Shown in pieces: positions 29,300 to 42,654 of a stretch of 64,000 bases of DNA (position 1 is the first letter of the stretch; the number at the start of each line of letters is the position of its first letter). Below the pieces are notes generated by a model, which was not told where the DNA came from, did not search any database, and saw only the letters and a program-made list of their open reading frames with translations. The position numbers and the translations under genes are program-made. Origin of the DNA: Bryobacterales bacterium. GTDB lineage: Bacteria; Acidobacteriota; Terriglobia; Bryobacterales; UBA6623. The stretch covers positions 4,553,609-4,617,608 of the forward strand of contig OZ244625.1 in NCBI GenBank assembly GCA_965218555.1, in the 5' to 3' direction.

Positions 29300-30556
29300 T
29301 TATTCGTAGCGGATGGCCTCGATGGGGTCGAGTTTCGCGGCCTGCACCGCCGGGTAGATTCCAAACAACAAACCGATAAACACCGACACCCCGAAAGCCA
29401 CGACGATCGAAGTCGCAGTTACCACGGTGGGCCATTCGGCGATGTTGGCGATAATGAGCGACCCGCCGAATCCGGCTCCAATTCCGATCAGACCCCCCGC
29501 GATCGAAATGAGAACCGCCTCGATCAGAAACTGGCGGACAATATCCCGTTGCCGCGCTCCGATCGCACGACGAATTCCGATCTCGCGTGTGCGCTCGAGC
29601 ACGGTGGCCAACATGATATTCATGATCCCGATGCCCCCAACGAGCAGCGAGATGCCCGCGATGCAAATCATAACGACTTCGAAGATGAACTGCGTCCGCT
29701 GGCGCTGGGCAAGAAGGCCGGCGGGTACGGTGACCGCAAAATCGCCGGCTTCATTGTGCGTCGCAGTGAGAATTGCGCGCACGACCTCGGCCGTCTCGAT
29801 CGGATCGGCATCGTTGTACACGCGAAGAAAGACGCCGTCAATCTCATCCTTGAGATAGCTGTTGGTATCGTCAAAACGGCGCATCACCGTATTCAGGGGT
29901 GCGACCACCAAATTGTTCTGGTCATCCGTCTCAAGGCCCTCGATGTCGGCTTCCGCCGACGATTGAGGAGCCATGACACCGATCACTTCCAGCCAAACCG
30001 AATCCATCTTCACGTGCCTGCCGACAGCCGGCCCGTAGCCCAGCAAGCTGATCTTGGCGCGTTCGCTGAGCACACAGACGGGTGCCGACCGCAAATCCTC
30101 CTCTGCGGTAAAGAACCTGCCTTCGAGCAACGTGATGCTATAGATATCGGTGTAGTTGGGGAGAACGCCGATCACCGTGGGCAGCTCCTGGTCGGACCTT
30201 GGCAACGCTGAAGTCGGTTGAAACCGTTTACGCGGCGACATCGCCTCGACGTTGGGGACGCTTTCGGTGAGGGCGCGGTAGTCGCGAAACGTCAGGCCCG
30301 GCGATATTTCGCGGACCGCGAGAAGAGTTTCCCGATCCGCAGCCTCGATTGCTTCGACGATGATGTTGTTGACGCCCAAGAGATCAATCTGACGCAGAGT
30401 TTCCTGCTGGGCTCCGGCGGTGATCGAGAGCATCGCGACAACGGCGCCGACGCCAAAGATCATCCCCAACATCGTGAGCAGGGAACGAAGCTTGTGAGCC
30501 AGAAGGCTCCCCAAGCCCATCCACAGCTCGGGCAACATGGTTGGCACGGCCTGCAT
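29300..30556 (-). CDS. MacB/FtsX-type ABC transporter permease (no nucleotide-binding domain)
   Basis: LRSLLTMLGMIFGVGAVV, a periplasmic domain, and SLLVGGIGIMNIML..ERTREIGIRRAIGA. Start placed 4 nt after the upstream stop. Confidence 0.92.
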   Translation of the reverse strand: MQAVPTMLPELWMGLGSLLAHKLRSLLTMLGMIFGVGAVVAMLSITAGAQQETLRQIDLLGVNNIIVEAIEAADRETLLAVREISPGLTFRDYRALTESVPNVEAMSPRKRFQPTSALPRSDQELPTVIGVLPNYTDIYSITLLEGRFFTAEEDLRSAPVCVLSERAKISLLGYGPAVGRHVKMDSVWLEVIGVMAPQSSAEADIEGLETDDQNNLVVAPLNTVMRRFDDTNSYLKDEIDGVFLRVYNDADPIETAEVVRAILTATHNEAGDFAVTVPAGLLAQRQRTQFIFEVVMICIAGISLLVGGIGIMNIMLATVLERTREIGIRRAIGARQRDIVRQFLIEAVLISIAGGLIGIGAGFGGSLIIANIAEWPTVVTATSIVVAFGVSVFIGLLFGIYPAVQAAKLDPIEAIRYE

Positions 30557-30560
30557 TGCG

Positions 30561-32507
30561 CTAGCGAGGCCCCCGGCGTGCCCTGTCCGGAGTACCCTCG
30601 GCCCCGGCTCCAGGGCCGCCGACGTCTCCCGGGAAGGAGGGCCCCGCGGATTTCTCCCGGTCAGCTTTCTTTTTCTTCGAGGTCTTGCGCTGGTCGAGCG
30701 GCGGTCGCAATGAAATCGTCTCACCTTCTTCCAGACCACCGAGAATAGCTATGCGGGTTTCGGTTTGCCGGCCGGTTTCGACACGGCGCGGCACGAGGCG
30801 GCCGCCGTCGAAGATGTAGACGATGTTGTTTTCGCCGGATTCGAATATCGCCTGCACCGGCACGTGAAGCGTGTCGGGGATTCTCTCGATGACAACTTCC
30901 GCGTCGGCCAGCAGACCTGGGCGGAGTAGAACTTCGACGTCAGAACCCTCCTTGGGAGGAAGTGGGAGTCGCGCGTTTTCGCGATCAGCAGTGGTAAACT
31001 GCTGCTTGGCGGGACGGGATGTAGACGAGGCCGGGAGCGTCGGGATCGGGGTGGCTTCCGGTCTCCCACCGCCTGGAGCGCCCTGTCTGCTTCCGCCTTG
31101 GCTGTCTTGAGCGCTCCGACCAGCGCCGCCACGGGCCCCGGAACTGCCACCCATGCGTGCGCGCATCTGCTCAAAAAGTGCGCGACGCTCTTCCTGGCTC
31201 ATGGATTGGATGTCGCGGCCTCCGGCGAGCTCTTGCATCATCTTGCGAGCCCGTTGGCGGTCCTCCTGCGACATATTGCGGCGGCCTCCTTTGCGCTGGG
31301 ATTTCGACGCGTCGGATTTGTCCGAGGCCTGTGCATTCTTGGTGCTTGCGTCTGGGGTTCCCCTACCTGACCACGATGGAGCGTCGCCGGCGCGAGGCGA
31401 CGCGGGTTCCATCGACCTTTGAGGCGGTTTCGTTTCTGCAGCCGCGGGGATGGATGCCGAACCTGCCAGGATGCGTTTGATCTGATCAGGTGTTGCACCG
31501 ACGTGGGTCAGCAACTTCGTCATGTCCACACTGAGCACGCAATCAAATTTCTTTGTCGCTTCGCCACTGAAGAAATTCGCGGAGGCCGTACTGCCGAGCC
31601 GCTTAATCGTTCCCCTGACTGATCGCCCCGGGAGGGCGTCCAGATGGATCACGGCTTCCTGCCCTTCCCGCAACCGTGCCCGTTCGACTTCCTCCGCCTT
31701 GGCGACGAGTTCCATTTCAGAGAGATCGAGGATCTGGACGATCGACATGCCGGGCGAAACCTGGTCGCCTTCCTGGACGGGCGGCGCAGACTGGCCGAAG
31801 GAGCGTCGCCCCGACCGATTCTCGAGGGTCGAGACGAGCCCGCCCATCGGCGTGAGAACGCGGGCGTTTTCGATGCGGCGGCGATCCTGGGCGACTTCGA
31901 GCTCCGCTTTAAGGATCTCCTCCCGAAGTACCGCCAACTCGGCCTCTCGCTGTTCTAGGCGTGACTCAATGTCGGATTCGAGCTTCTGAAGCCGGCGCTT
32001 AGCCTCCTCAAGAGTCAGCTCGTTTTTCCGGGCGTCGATTGCGGAGATCAATTCGTTTTGCCGGACATCCAGCTCGGCGAGCCGTACAGCAAAGCGGGCG
32101 CGCATGAGCTCGACTTCATCTTGGCTCTTGAGAATCTCGAGCTCGGTTTCGCCTTTCTTCAGATCCTGTTTGGTCTTATCGAGATCAAGCAGGGTGTCTG
32201 CGAGAAAGACACGGCGGTCCGAGTCGTCGAACTCGGCGATAAGGTCCTTCGGTCTCGCCAACGACCCCGGCGCGGCCAACTGGGTGATCTGGGAAACCAA
32301 TCCCAGATTGGGGGCCGCGAGTGTCGTTGAGCGGACAGCTTGTAACGTCCCACGGAGGTAAGACTTGACAACAAGCTCTCCACGCTGCACGGTGGCAAGC
32401 GCCTGCTCCGGTTGTTCATCAGAAATGCGGCTGATCAAGTAGTAGGCCGCCCCCGCTGCTGCGAGGAGGACGAGCAGGATGGAAAGCCGAATGAGAATCT
32501 TCTTCAT
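30561..32507 (-). CDS. Efflux periplasmic adaptor (MFP/HlyD family) with a large low-complexity insert
   Basis: N-terminal TM anchor, lipoyl/hairpin/beta-barrel segments (VLTPMGG, GDQVSPG, LRPGLLADAEV) and an insert of about 170 aa rich in G/S/R/P. Confidence 0.88.
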   Translation of the reverse strand: MKKILIRLSILLVLLAAAGAAYYLISRISDEQPEQALATVQRGELVVKSYLRGTLQAVRSTTLAAPNLGLVSQITQLAAPGSLARPKDLIAEFDDSDRRVFLADTLLDLDKTKQDLKKGETELEILKSQDEVELMRARFAVRLAELDVRQNELISAIDARKNELTLEEAKRRLQKLESDIESRLEQREAELAVLREEILKAELEVAQDRRRIENARVLTPMGGLVSTLENRSGRRSFGQSAPPVQEGDQVSPGMSIVQILDLSEMELVAKAEEVERARLREGQEAVIHLDALPGRSVRGTIKRLGSTASANFFSGEATKKFDCVLSVDMTKLLTHVGATPDQIKRILAGSASIPAAAETKPPQRSMEPASPRAGDAPSWSGRGTPDASTKNAQASDKSDASKSQRKGGRRNMSQEDRQRARKMMQELAGGRDIQSMSQEERRALFEQMRARMGGSSGARGGAGRSAQDSQGGSRQGAPGGGRPEATPIPTLPASSTSRPAKQQFTTADRENARLPLPPKEGSDVEVLLRPGLLADAEVVIERIPDTLHVPVQAIFESGENNIVYIFDGGRLVPRRVETGRQTETRIAILGGLEEGETISLRPPLDQRKTSKKKKADREKSAGPSFPGDVGGPGAGAEGTPDRARRGPR

Positions 32508-32522
32508 GAACGGGACGTGGGT

Positions 32523-33785
32523 TCAACCTTGCTTGCGGCTGTTCAACTCCGGGTTCTCGAGGGCGATCACTTCTCCCTCGCTCAGCGCATCGGAAACGAC
32601 GATCTCGTTCGCGTTGCGCACGAGAACTTCAATCGTGCGTCTACGGAAGCCGCTTCCGCTGCGGACGAAGACGGTAGGCTTGCCGTCGATCTGAAAGCTG
32701 GCTTTCGAGGGGATCACGAGTACATCGGGCCGTTCCTCAACGATAACTTCTACGCTGGCGCTCATCCCGGGGCGAAGGCGATCGTCCATCTTGTCGATGC
32801 GTGCACGGGCCGGGAAATTCTTCTCGGGTGGGAAACTGCGATAGATCAAAGTGGCGATCGGGCTGAGCCATTCGACCTTTCCTTCAAACACGGCGCCCGC
32901 CACGGCATCGACGCGGACACGAACCTTCTGCCCCATCCGGGTCCGCCCCCGATCGATCTCTTCGACCCGGAATTCAACAACCATTGTGGACAGGTCCGGG
33001 ATATCCACGATCTCGGCGCCGGCCCAGACGGAATCTCCCTCTTGGAAAGGCGGTCGACTGCGTCTTGATGAACCTTGTGCACGCGGGTTCGGCCGAATCT
33101 GGACGACGCCATCTACCGGCGCCCGCAGCACCATGTTGCCGAGATAGCCTTTGGTGCGCTCCAGGTCGCGCATCGCCTTGTTCTTCTTCTCCTCGAGCTG
33201 GACGATATCAGAATCCTGTGAGATGTCCGTGGCCCTAGCGGTCGTCTGCGCCTTCATCAGCTCGCCTTCGGAAACCTTGACGGTGATGCGGTTCTTGAGG
33301 CCCTCGATTTCCGACAAGATTTCCTGTTTGCTGGCTTCCAGCTTGGCGCGTTCAAGATCGTATTCCGAGCGCATGACCAGCATCGCGTTTAGCTCGTCGG
33401 CAATGGAATGCTGTGCTCTTGCCTGGACGATCTCGCTATCGACCTGCCTAACCTCGGTCGACTCCTCGAGGTAGCGCTCCTCCTGGGCCGCGGGGTCAAA
33501 CTCGACGACGACTTCTCCTCGCTTGATCGGCTTGCCATCAGCGGCGAGCCAGACGATCTGCAGATCCGGCGTCTGCGGCGCCGCGATGGGGACCATATGC
33601 ATACTCTTCACTTCGCCGCGGGTCCGGACGGTCTGAACGAACTCCCTGCGCTCGACACGCGCTGTGGGAACTGTCCGCGTCGCCGGCGTCCAGAACTGCA
33701 GGCCGGCGTAGGCGACGGCAATCACCACCGCCAGCACGAAAAGCCAGCGTACTACTTGACTCGATCTTGACGACTGCTCCGCCAT
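32523..33785 (-). CDS. Efflux periplasmic adaptor (MFP/HlyD family)
   Basis: TM anchor, VLRAPVDGVV, GDSVWAG and LRPGMSASVEV. Confidence 0.9.
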   Translation of the reverse strand: MAEQSSRSSQVVRWLFVLAVVIAVAYAGLQFWTPATRTVPTARVERREFVQTVRTRGEVKSMHMVPIAAPQTPDLQIVWLAADGKPIKRGEVVVEFDPAAQEERYLEESTEVRQVDSEIVQARAQHSIADELNAMLVMRSEYDLERAKLEASKQEILSEIEGLKNRITVKVSEGELMKAQTTARATDISQDSDIVQLEEKKNKAMRDLERTKGYLGNMVLRAPVDGVVQIRPNPRAQGSSRRSRPPFQEGDSVWAGAEIVDIPDLSTMVVEFRVEEIDRGRTRMGQKVRVRVDAVAGAVFEGKVEWLSPIATLIYRSFPPEKNFPARARIDKMDDRLRPGMSASVEVIVEERPDVLVIPSKASFQIDGKPTVFVRSGSGFRRRTIEVLVRNANEIVVSDALSEGEVIALENPELNSRKQG

Positions 33786-33897
33786 CTCTTGTGGGTGTGG
33801 AAAATCGACTCTTCAAGTGCCGATCCCCAGAGGGGACACGGGCCGGCTGAAGACAGCCCCCATTGTCAATTAAGACGCTGACTGCCTAACAAGGTTA

Positions 33898-33925
33898 TTG
33901 TCTCCCAAGAAAAAGTGGGAGACAA
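33898..33925. terminator. Perfect 10-bp hairpin between the RND gene and the second adaptor unit
   Basis: ttgtctccca-agaaaaag-tgggagacaa. No clear U-tract, so terminator function is uncertain. Confidence 0.45.
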
Positions 33926-33964
33926 CTCCCGCTTTCAGGTCGACTCGGGAAGGTAGCGGGCTTT

Positions 33965-36900
33965 TTAGTCACCGGTCGAACCAGCGGGCTGAAGTGAGCT
34001 CGGCGTCGTCACGCCGACTGCTCGGCGGGTGCGGAGTTTCTCCGACCATCCCTCCAGCGTGAAGTACACGACGGGAATGAAAACGAGCGTGATGAGAGTC
34101 GAGGTTGTCAGGCCGCCTATTACGACGCGCGCCATTGGGGCTTGCAACTCACCGCCTTCCCCAAGGCCGAGAGCCATCGGGCTCAGGCCGAGCACCGTGG
34201 TGACCGTCGTCATGAGAATCGGGCGCAAGCGACGCCCGCCGGCGGTGACCACGGCTTCTCGCAACGTGTGGCCGTGCCTGCGGCGAAGGAGGTTGGTGTA
34301 GTCGACCAACACGATGGTGTTGTTGACCACGATTCCCACAAGAACGATTACACCCAGAAAGCCCTGCATGTTGAACGTCGTCTCGGTCAACAGCAACATC
34401 AACACCACACCAATCCCGGCGAGTGGAATTGAGAACAGGATGATGAACGGATCCCGAAGCGACTCAAACTGCGCGGCCATCACCATGTAGACCAGGACCA
34501 AGGCGAGGATTGCCGCCAAAGTCATTTGTTGGAAGGCCTCCTGCTGTTCTTCGTACTCGCCCCCCAGGCGGAACTCGTAGTCGCCGTTCTCAGGCCGGGG
34601 AATCTGCGCGAGAGCCGCCTGGAGATCGCCCACGACGCTGCCGAGATCGCGATCCACGATGGTGCCGGTGACCTCGATGATGCGTTGCTGGTCGGCACGG
34701 GTGATCTCGGTGGGACCTTCCTGACGCTTCATGCGGACGACGCTTTCGATCGGGATGGTGCTGCCGTCGGGAAGGGTGATCGGAACATTGTTAACCTGGC
34801 CGAGCTCCAGCCGGTCTTCCTTGCGCAATCGAACCAAGATGTCGTACTCGTCGCCCTCCTCGCGATAAAGAGAAGCGCGGGTTCCACCGATAGCCGTCTC
34901 CAACGTATCGGCGACTTCAGCAACGGAAAGACCGAGGCTGCTGGCCTTGGCGCGGTCGACCGAAATCAGCATCTCCGGCACTCCCGGCAAACGGCTGAGC
35001 TGCGCGCTCACAACACCGGGAATGGAGGTCATGGCCTCCCGCACCTGCTCGGAAAGATCGAGGATGGTTTCTATGTCGTGTCCGCGGACCTCGACGGAGA
35101 GCCGGTCGTCACCCTCGCCGAAACCGCTGCCCCGTCGGCGGAACAGGCCGCTGCTGACGCGTGTGCGTACAATCATGCCCGGCTCGAGGGCCAGGAGAGG
35201 CCGAAGCACGTTGGCAACGTCGGCTGCCGAGCGGTCGCGCTGACTCTGATCAACGAGATCGATGCGCGCCCGACCCTCATTGGTTCCGCGGAAGCGATAC
35301 GTACTGCTGCTGCCCGCCTCGGTCATGATGTAGGCGGCCTCGGGGACTTCCCGGTTGATGATGTCCGTCATGCGCATCATGGTCTCGTCCGTCACTTCGA
35401 CGCGCGTGCCCGGTTCGAGCTTCACTTCGATGCGGATTTGGCCTTCGTCGACCTCCGGCTGCAACTCCACACCGATGAGAGGCATGAGGTAGTAGGACAT
35501 CGTGAACAGGCCCACGGCGAGAGCGACAACGATCACTCTGTGGTCAAGGGACCATTCGAGCGCACTCATGTAGGAATTCGCCCATCGTTTCTGAACCGAT
35601 CCTGTCCAGCGGTACAGGGCTCCTCCGAGGCCGCGGCGTTCCTTCGAAAGGTCTTGCGTCAAGAAGCGGGAGCTCAAGACGGGAACGACGGTGAGCGCGA
35701 TGATCAATGAGCAGAGCAAAGCGAAGGAAACGACCCAGGCAAGCTGTTGAAACTGCTGTGCTGAGACACCTCCCATAAAAAGCACGGGCACAAAAACCGC
35801 GATGGTTGTCAACGTTGAGGCGGTAATTGCCATGCCGACCTGGCGGCTCCCGAGAACCGCGGCGGCCTTGATGTCCTTGCCGCTCTCGCGTTGACGGAAG
35901 ATGTTTTCGAGAACGACGATGCCGTTATCGACGAGCATGCCGACTCCGAGCGCCAGTCCCCCGAAAGAGACGGTGTTCAAAGTGAATCCGTTGAAGTACA
36001 TCAGCGCGAACGTCGAGATGACCGAGGTCGGAATGGCCACGCCGATGATGAGCATGCTCGAGAAGCTGCGAAGGAAAAAAAGCAGTACGAAGATGGCCAA
36101 TCCGGCCCCGGCAAGGGCTGCATCATTCACGTTGTTGATCGATTCTCTGATGAAGTTTGCAGAGTCCCAGGTGCTCTCCATGCGCACGGGCAGACCTTCG
36201 GCGTGGATCTTATCGACCTCTCGCCATACGCCTTCGGAAACTTCGACCGTATTGGCGCCGGACTGCTTGTAGATGTACATCCGTACGGCGGACTCGCCGT
36301 TGACCCGGACGATATATCGGATGTCTTCGTGCGAATCATCCACCGTTGCGATGTCGCGGACGTAAACGGGTACGCCGTTGCGAGTGGCGACGGCTACGTT
36401 CAAGATGTCCTGCAGATTTTCGAACTCACCCTGAGTACGCAGCAGCACCTCGTAGCGGCCTTCGAAAACGGGACCGACCGGGCGGTTGAGGTTCTCCCGG
36501 CGCAAGGTCTGGACGATTTGCGAGACCGAGAGATTCAGGGCGCGAATCTTCTTGAGATCAAGATAGACGTGGATCTGGCGTCGGAGTCCCCCGCTGACCC
36601 GCGCTTGCGCGACGCCCGGCGTTCGCTCCAGCCGATACTGCAAGTTTTTTTCGGCGTAATGGCGTAGCTCCTTGGAGTCCATCGTGTCGGAAGCAACGCT
36701 GAGGAACATGATGGGGAACTGCGAGACATCGAACTTGTACATCACGGGCGATTCGATATCCTCGGGCAACAGATTGCGGCGGCGGTCGATGCGCTCGCGC
36801 AACTCGTTGGCGGCTTCGTCGAGGTTCGTGCCGTACACAAATCGGACGCGCACTCTCGCATTGCCCTCGCTCGAACTCGATGTAATCTCCTCGGCCCCGG

Positions 36901-37123
36901 GGGCGGAAGCCAGCGACTGCTCCAGAGGCCGCGCGATAAGTGTTTCCATCTCCTCAGGAGCGACGCCCTCGTAGCGGGTGGTTACGCTGATCGTCGGATA
37001 CTCCGTCTCGGGCATCAGATCGACGGGGATCTGAATGAAAGCGATCGTGCCGAGAAGCATGGCGATCAGGCACGCCATGAGCACCGTAACCGGCCTGTGG
37101 ATCGAAAACTCAGGAAGGCTCAT
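33965..37123 (-). CDS. RND efflux transporter permease (AcrB/AcrD/AcrF family)
   Basis: 1052 aa. [42 protein letters not shown] and [10 protein letters not shown]. Confidence 0.95.
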   Translation of the reverse strand: MSLPEFSIHRPVTVLMACLIAMLLGTIAFIQIPVDLMPETEYPTISVTTRYEGVAPEEMETLIARPLEQSLASAPGAEEITSSSSEGNARVRVRFVYGTNLDEAANELRERIDRRRNLLPEDIESPVMYKFDVSQFPIMFLSVASDTMDSKELRHYAEKNLQYRLERTPGVAQARVSGGLRRQIHVYLDLKKIRALNLSVSQIVQTLRRENLNRPVGPVFEGRYEVLLRTQGEFENLQDILNVAVATRNGVPVYVRDIATVDDSHEDIRYIVRVNGESAVRMYIYKQSGANTVEVSEGVWREVDKIHAEGLPVRMESTWDSANFIRESINNVNDAALAGAGLAIFVLLFFLRSFSSMLIIGVAIPTSVISTFALMYFNGFTLNTVSFGGLALGVGMLVDNGIVVLENIFRQRESGKDIKAAAVLGSRQVGMAITASTLTTIAVFVPVLFMGGVSAQQFQQLAWVVSFALLCSLIIALTVVPVLSSRFLTQDLSKERRGLGGALYRWTGSVQKRWANSYMSALEWSLDHRVIVVALAVGLFTMSYYLMPLIGVELQPEVDEGQIRIEVKLEPGTRVEVTDETMMRMTDIINREVPEAAYIMTEAGSSSTYRFRGTNEGRARIDLVDQSQRDRSAADVANVLRPLLALEPGMIVRTRVSSGLFRRRGSGFGEGDDRLSVEVRGHDIETILDLSEQVREAMTSIPGVVSAQLSRLPGVPEMLISVDRAKASSLGLSVAEVADTLETAIGGTRASLYREEGDEYDILVRLRKEDRLELGQVNNVPITLPDGSTIPIESVVRMKRQEGPTEITRADQQRIIEVTGTIVDRDLGSVVGDLQAALAQIPRPENGDYEFRLGGEYEEQQEAFQQMTLAAILALVLVYMVMAAQFESLRDPFIILFSIPLAGIGVVLMLLLTETTFNMQGFLGVIVLVGIVVNNTIVLVDYTNLLRRRHGHTLREAVVTAGGRRLRPILMTTVTTVLGLSPMALGLGEGGELQAPMARVVIGGLTTSTLITLVFIPVVYFTLEGWSEKLRTRRAVGVTTPSSLQPAGSTGD

Positions 37124-37140
37124 CTGACACCTCGGAACTG

Positions 37141-38391
37141 CTATTCGGACGACCGTCTACTCTCGGCGCTCTGCTGCGCGGAGCTCGCGCTCTTTTTGGC
37201 CGGAGCGCTGGCGCGGTCCGGCGGCGACTCCGCTTTGCCGGGCCGGAACGCTACATTGATTCGATCGCCCTCTTCAAGGATCGTGGCCCCCCTGCCCACG
37301 ATCTTGACACCCGCCTCGATATTCGCCAGAACCTCGACATTGTGCTCCCGCGTCAGTCCGGTCTCGATGGCCCGGAAGACGGGTCGGTCGCCGTCAACGA
37401 CATACACACCCGGCTGCGTGCCCCGATAGACCAGGCCCTCGCGCGGAATGAGAATCGCGCTCCGCAGGGTGCCTGTGTCGAGGCGAATGCGCACGAACAT
37501 CTCTGCCTTGAACTGGTTCCCCGGATTGGGGACATCGATCTCGACGAGCGCCGTGCGCGTTGCTGCGTCCAACACCGGGGCGATGCGGGCGACACGGCCG
37601 GTGAACGTCTCGTCGGGAATCGCGTCCACCTCTATTTCGGCGGGATTGCCGACGCGCAGGCGGCCGATGTTGCGCTCCGGCACATTCGCGAGAGTGACCA
37701 TGGTCGACAGGTTAACGATTTTCAGAAGCGGCGTCGTGGGGCTGATGAGAGCCCCCACGTCGACGAAGCGGGTGGCGACGAACCCGGACATCGGCGCATG
37801 GATCTTTGTCTGCTCCAGTCGAATATTCAGCTCCTTCAACTCGGCCTCGGTCTGTTTGGTCTGCGCGCGGGCAAATTCAACCTGCGCATCCACGACATCC
37901 AGTTGTGTCTTGGTGAAGGCGAAGTCTTGCGGCGAGATCAGGCCGTCGTCGAGCAGACTCTGAGCACGGGTTAATTCGACCGTCGCGTTTTTCCTTTCGG
38001 CTTCTCGTTGCTGCATCGAAGCGCGCGCCACGCCGATCGAAGCGGTTGCGCGGTTCACCTGTTGCTGGATTTCGTCATCCTCGAGTTCCGCGATCAGGTC
38101 GCCCTCGCGGATGGGGTCCCCGATCTGAAAGTAAAGCCTCTCCAATCGCCCGGTGACTTTCGCCGTTACATCGACCTGTTCTTTGGGTTTCAGCGCACCC
38201 GTCAGCAGCAGGACGTCGCGTAACTCGCCGGTGCGAGCCTCGGTGAGCGCGACCGTGATGACCCGGCCGCCCTTATTCTTCTTGGCCGCTTTCGGGTTCG
38301 CCTGCTTTTCCTGGATCTCGTAGACACGCATGCCGGTGAAGAACACCAGGCCCGCTCCCACGAAGATCCAAATGATGCGCTTGATCCACAT
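37141..38391 (-). CDS. RND efflux periplasmic adaptor subunit
   Basis: TM anchor, VTAKVTG, IHAPMSG and PVLDAATRT. Directly upstream of the RND permease. Confidence 0.92.
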   Translation of the reverse strand: MWIKRIIWIFVGAGLVFFTGMRVYEIQEKQANPKAAKKNKGGRVITVALTEARTGELRDVLLLTGALKPKEQVDVTAKVTGRLERLYFQIGDPIREGDLIAELEDDEIQQQVNRATASIGVARASMQQREAERKNATVELTRAQSLLDDGLISPQDFAFTKTQLDVVDAQVEFARAQTKQTEAELKELNIRLEQTKIHAPMSGFVATRFVDVGALISPTTPLLKIVNLSTMVTLANVPERNIGRLRVGNPAEIEVDAIPDETFTGRVARIAPVLDAATRTALVEIDVPNPGNQFKAEMFVRIRLDTGTLRSAILIPREGLVYRGTQPGVYVVDGDRPVFRAIETGLTREHNVEVLANIEAGVKIVGRGATILEEGDRINVAFRPGKAESPPDRASAPAKKSASSAQQSAESRRSSE

Positions 38392-38614
38392 GTTTAGGAA
38401 AGCGTATGAGTGCCCGCTGCCTCCACCCGCTGTTCACAGTAAGGAAGACCTGACAAGCAGAGCGGCTGTGCCGGGTCAGCTACGCTCCCGACCTGTGCCT
38501 GCGCTCTGCCGCGGGGCGGTCTCATGCATATTGTACTCCTTAGGGCCGACAACGCGGTCGGTAGAGGCCGGCGTATCTTTTCTCCCTTAGCAGGCGCTCC
38601 AATCGGCCGAATAG

Positions 38615-39130
38615 TTACCTGGTCGGAACCTCGCTACGCTGCGCACCTGCTGCATGCGAGTAATCGCCCGAGAGCCGTTCCATGTTGTCTTTCGCCTGAA
38701 TGAGGAGCGGTAGTTTGTCCGCATCCGTCTGCATTGCCCAGTCCTCTTGCCCGCACTCACCGAGGTACGCGTCGGCGGTCTGTACCGGCGATATCGGCGT
38801 TGATATCGGAAGACCGATTTCCGGCTTCAGTACATCATCGAGAACCCGCCGCCGCGGAGCGAACAATGGCTCAACAAACATGTGGGGGATTTCGTGGCGC
38901 AACGTGACCTCGCGCTCGTGAGGACCATCATTCCGCGGGCTGCAGTGGTTGGGAGCGGGAGGGTGAAATGTATTGTGTTTTGGGTGGTGGTGGGGACGGC
39001 GGGTGTCCGGCGCTGCTTTTGGGGTGTGCGTTGATGCGGAGTGTTGCCCGTGCGCGGCATGAAAAGACCACCCCGGATCAATAAGGCGGGGCGCCAAGCG
39101 GCTCGTGCCGCGTCCTGACGGTCTCCCCAC
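38615..39130 (-). CDS. Possible hypothetical protein or gene remnant
   Basis: 171-codon ORF. The N-terminal half is low-complexity and unconvincing, the C-terminal half looks protein-like. No family recognised. Confidence 0.25.
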   Translation of the reverse strand: MGRPSGRGTSRLAPRLIDPGWSFHAAHGQHSASTHTPKAAPDTRRPHHHPKHNTFHPPAPNHCSPRNDGPHEREVTLRHEIPHMFVEPLFAPRRRVLDDVLKPEIGLPISTPISPVQTADAYLGECGQEDWAMQTDADKLPLLIQAKDNMERLSGDYSHAAGAQRSEVPTR

Positions 39131-39163
39131 GCACTTGGTCCCGCCACGTGGTGAGAATGCAAG

Positions 39164-42493
<3,330 letters not shown>

Positions 42494-42654
42494 GGGAGAT
42501 AAGACTGCCGCAGGGACGGATTGCGTTGTGCTGAGCCGCCACCACCAGCATTCTATCATCAGTAGTCGGCGCTTCCGGCGAGATGCGAAGGCCGAGCGTG
42601 CGGTAGAAGCGGTGGATGCACCTCACGAGGTTCCAGATCTATTGAGGGAATGCG

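Noticed and set aside
33965-37123. RND proton-relay residues read VDN and VVNN instead of AcrB's DD and K
   Set aside because: This variant is common in a large RND subgroup and is not evidence of inactivation.
38391-38529. Leader ORF is in frame with the MFP gene, suggesting stop-codon readthrough or selenocysteine
   Set aside because: Two in-frame TGA codons separate them and no SECIS-like hairpin is evident.
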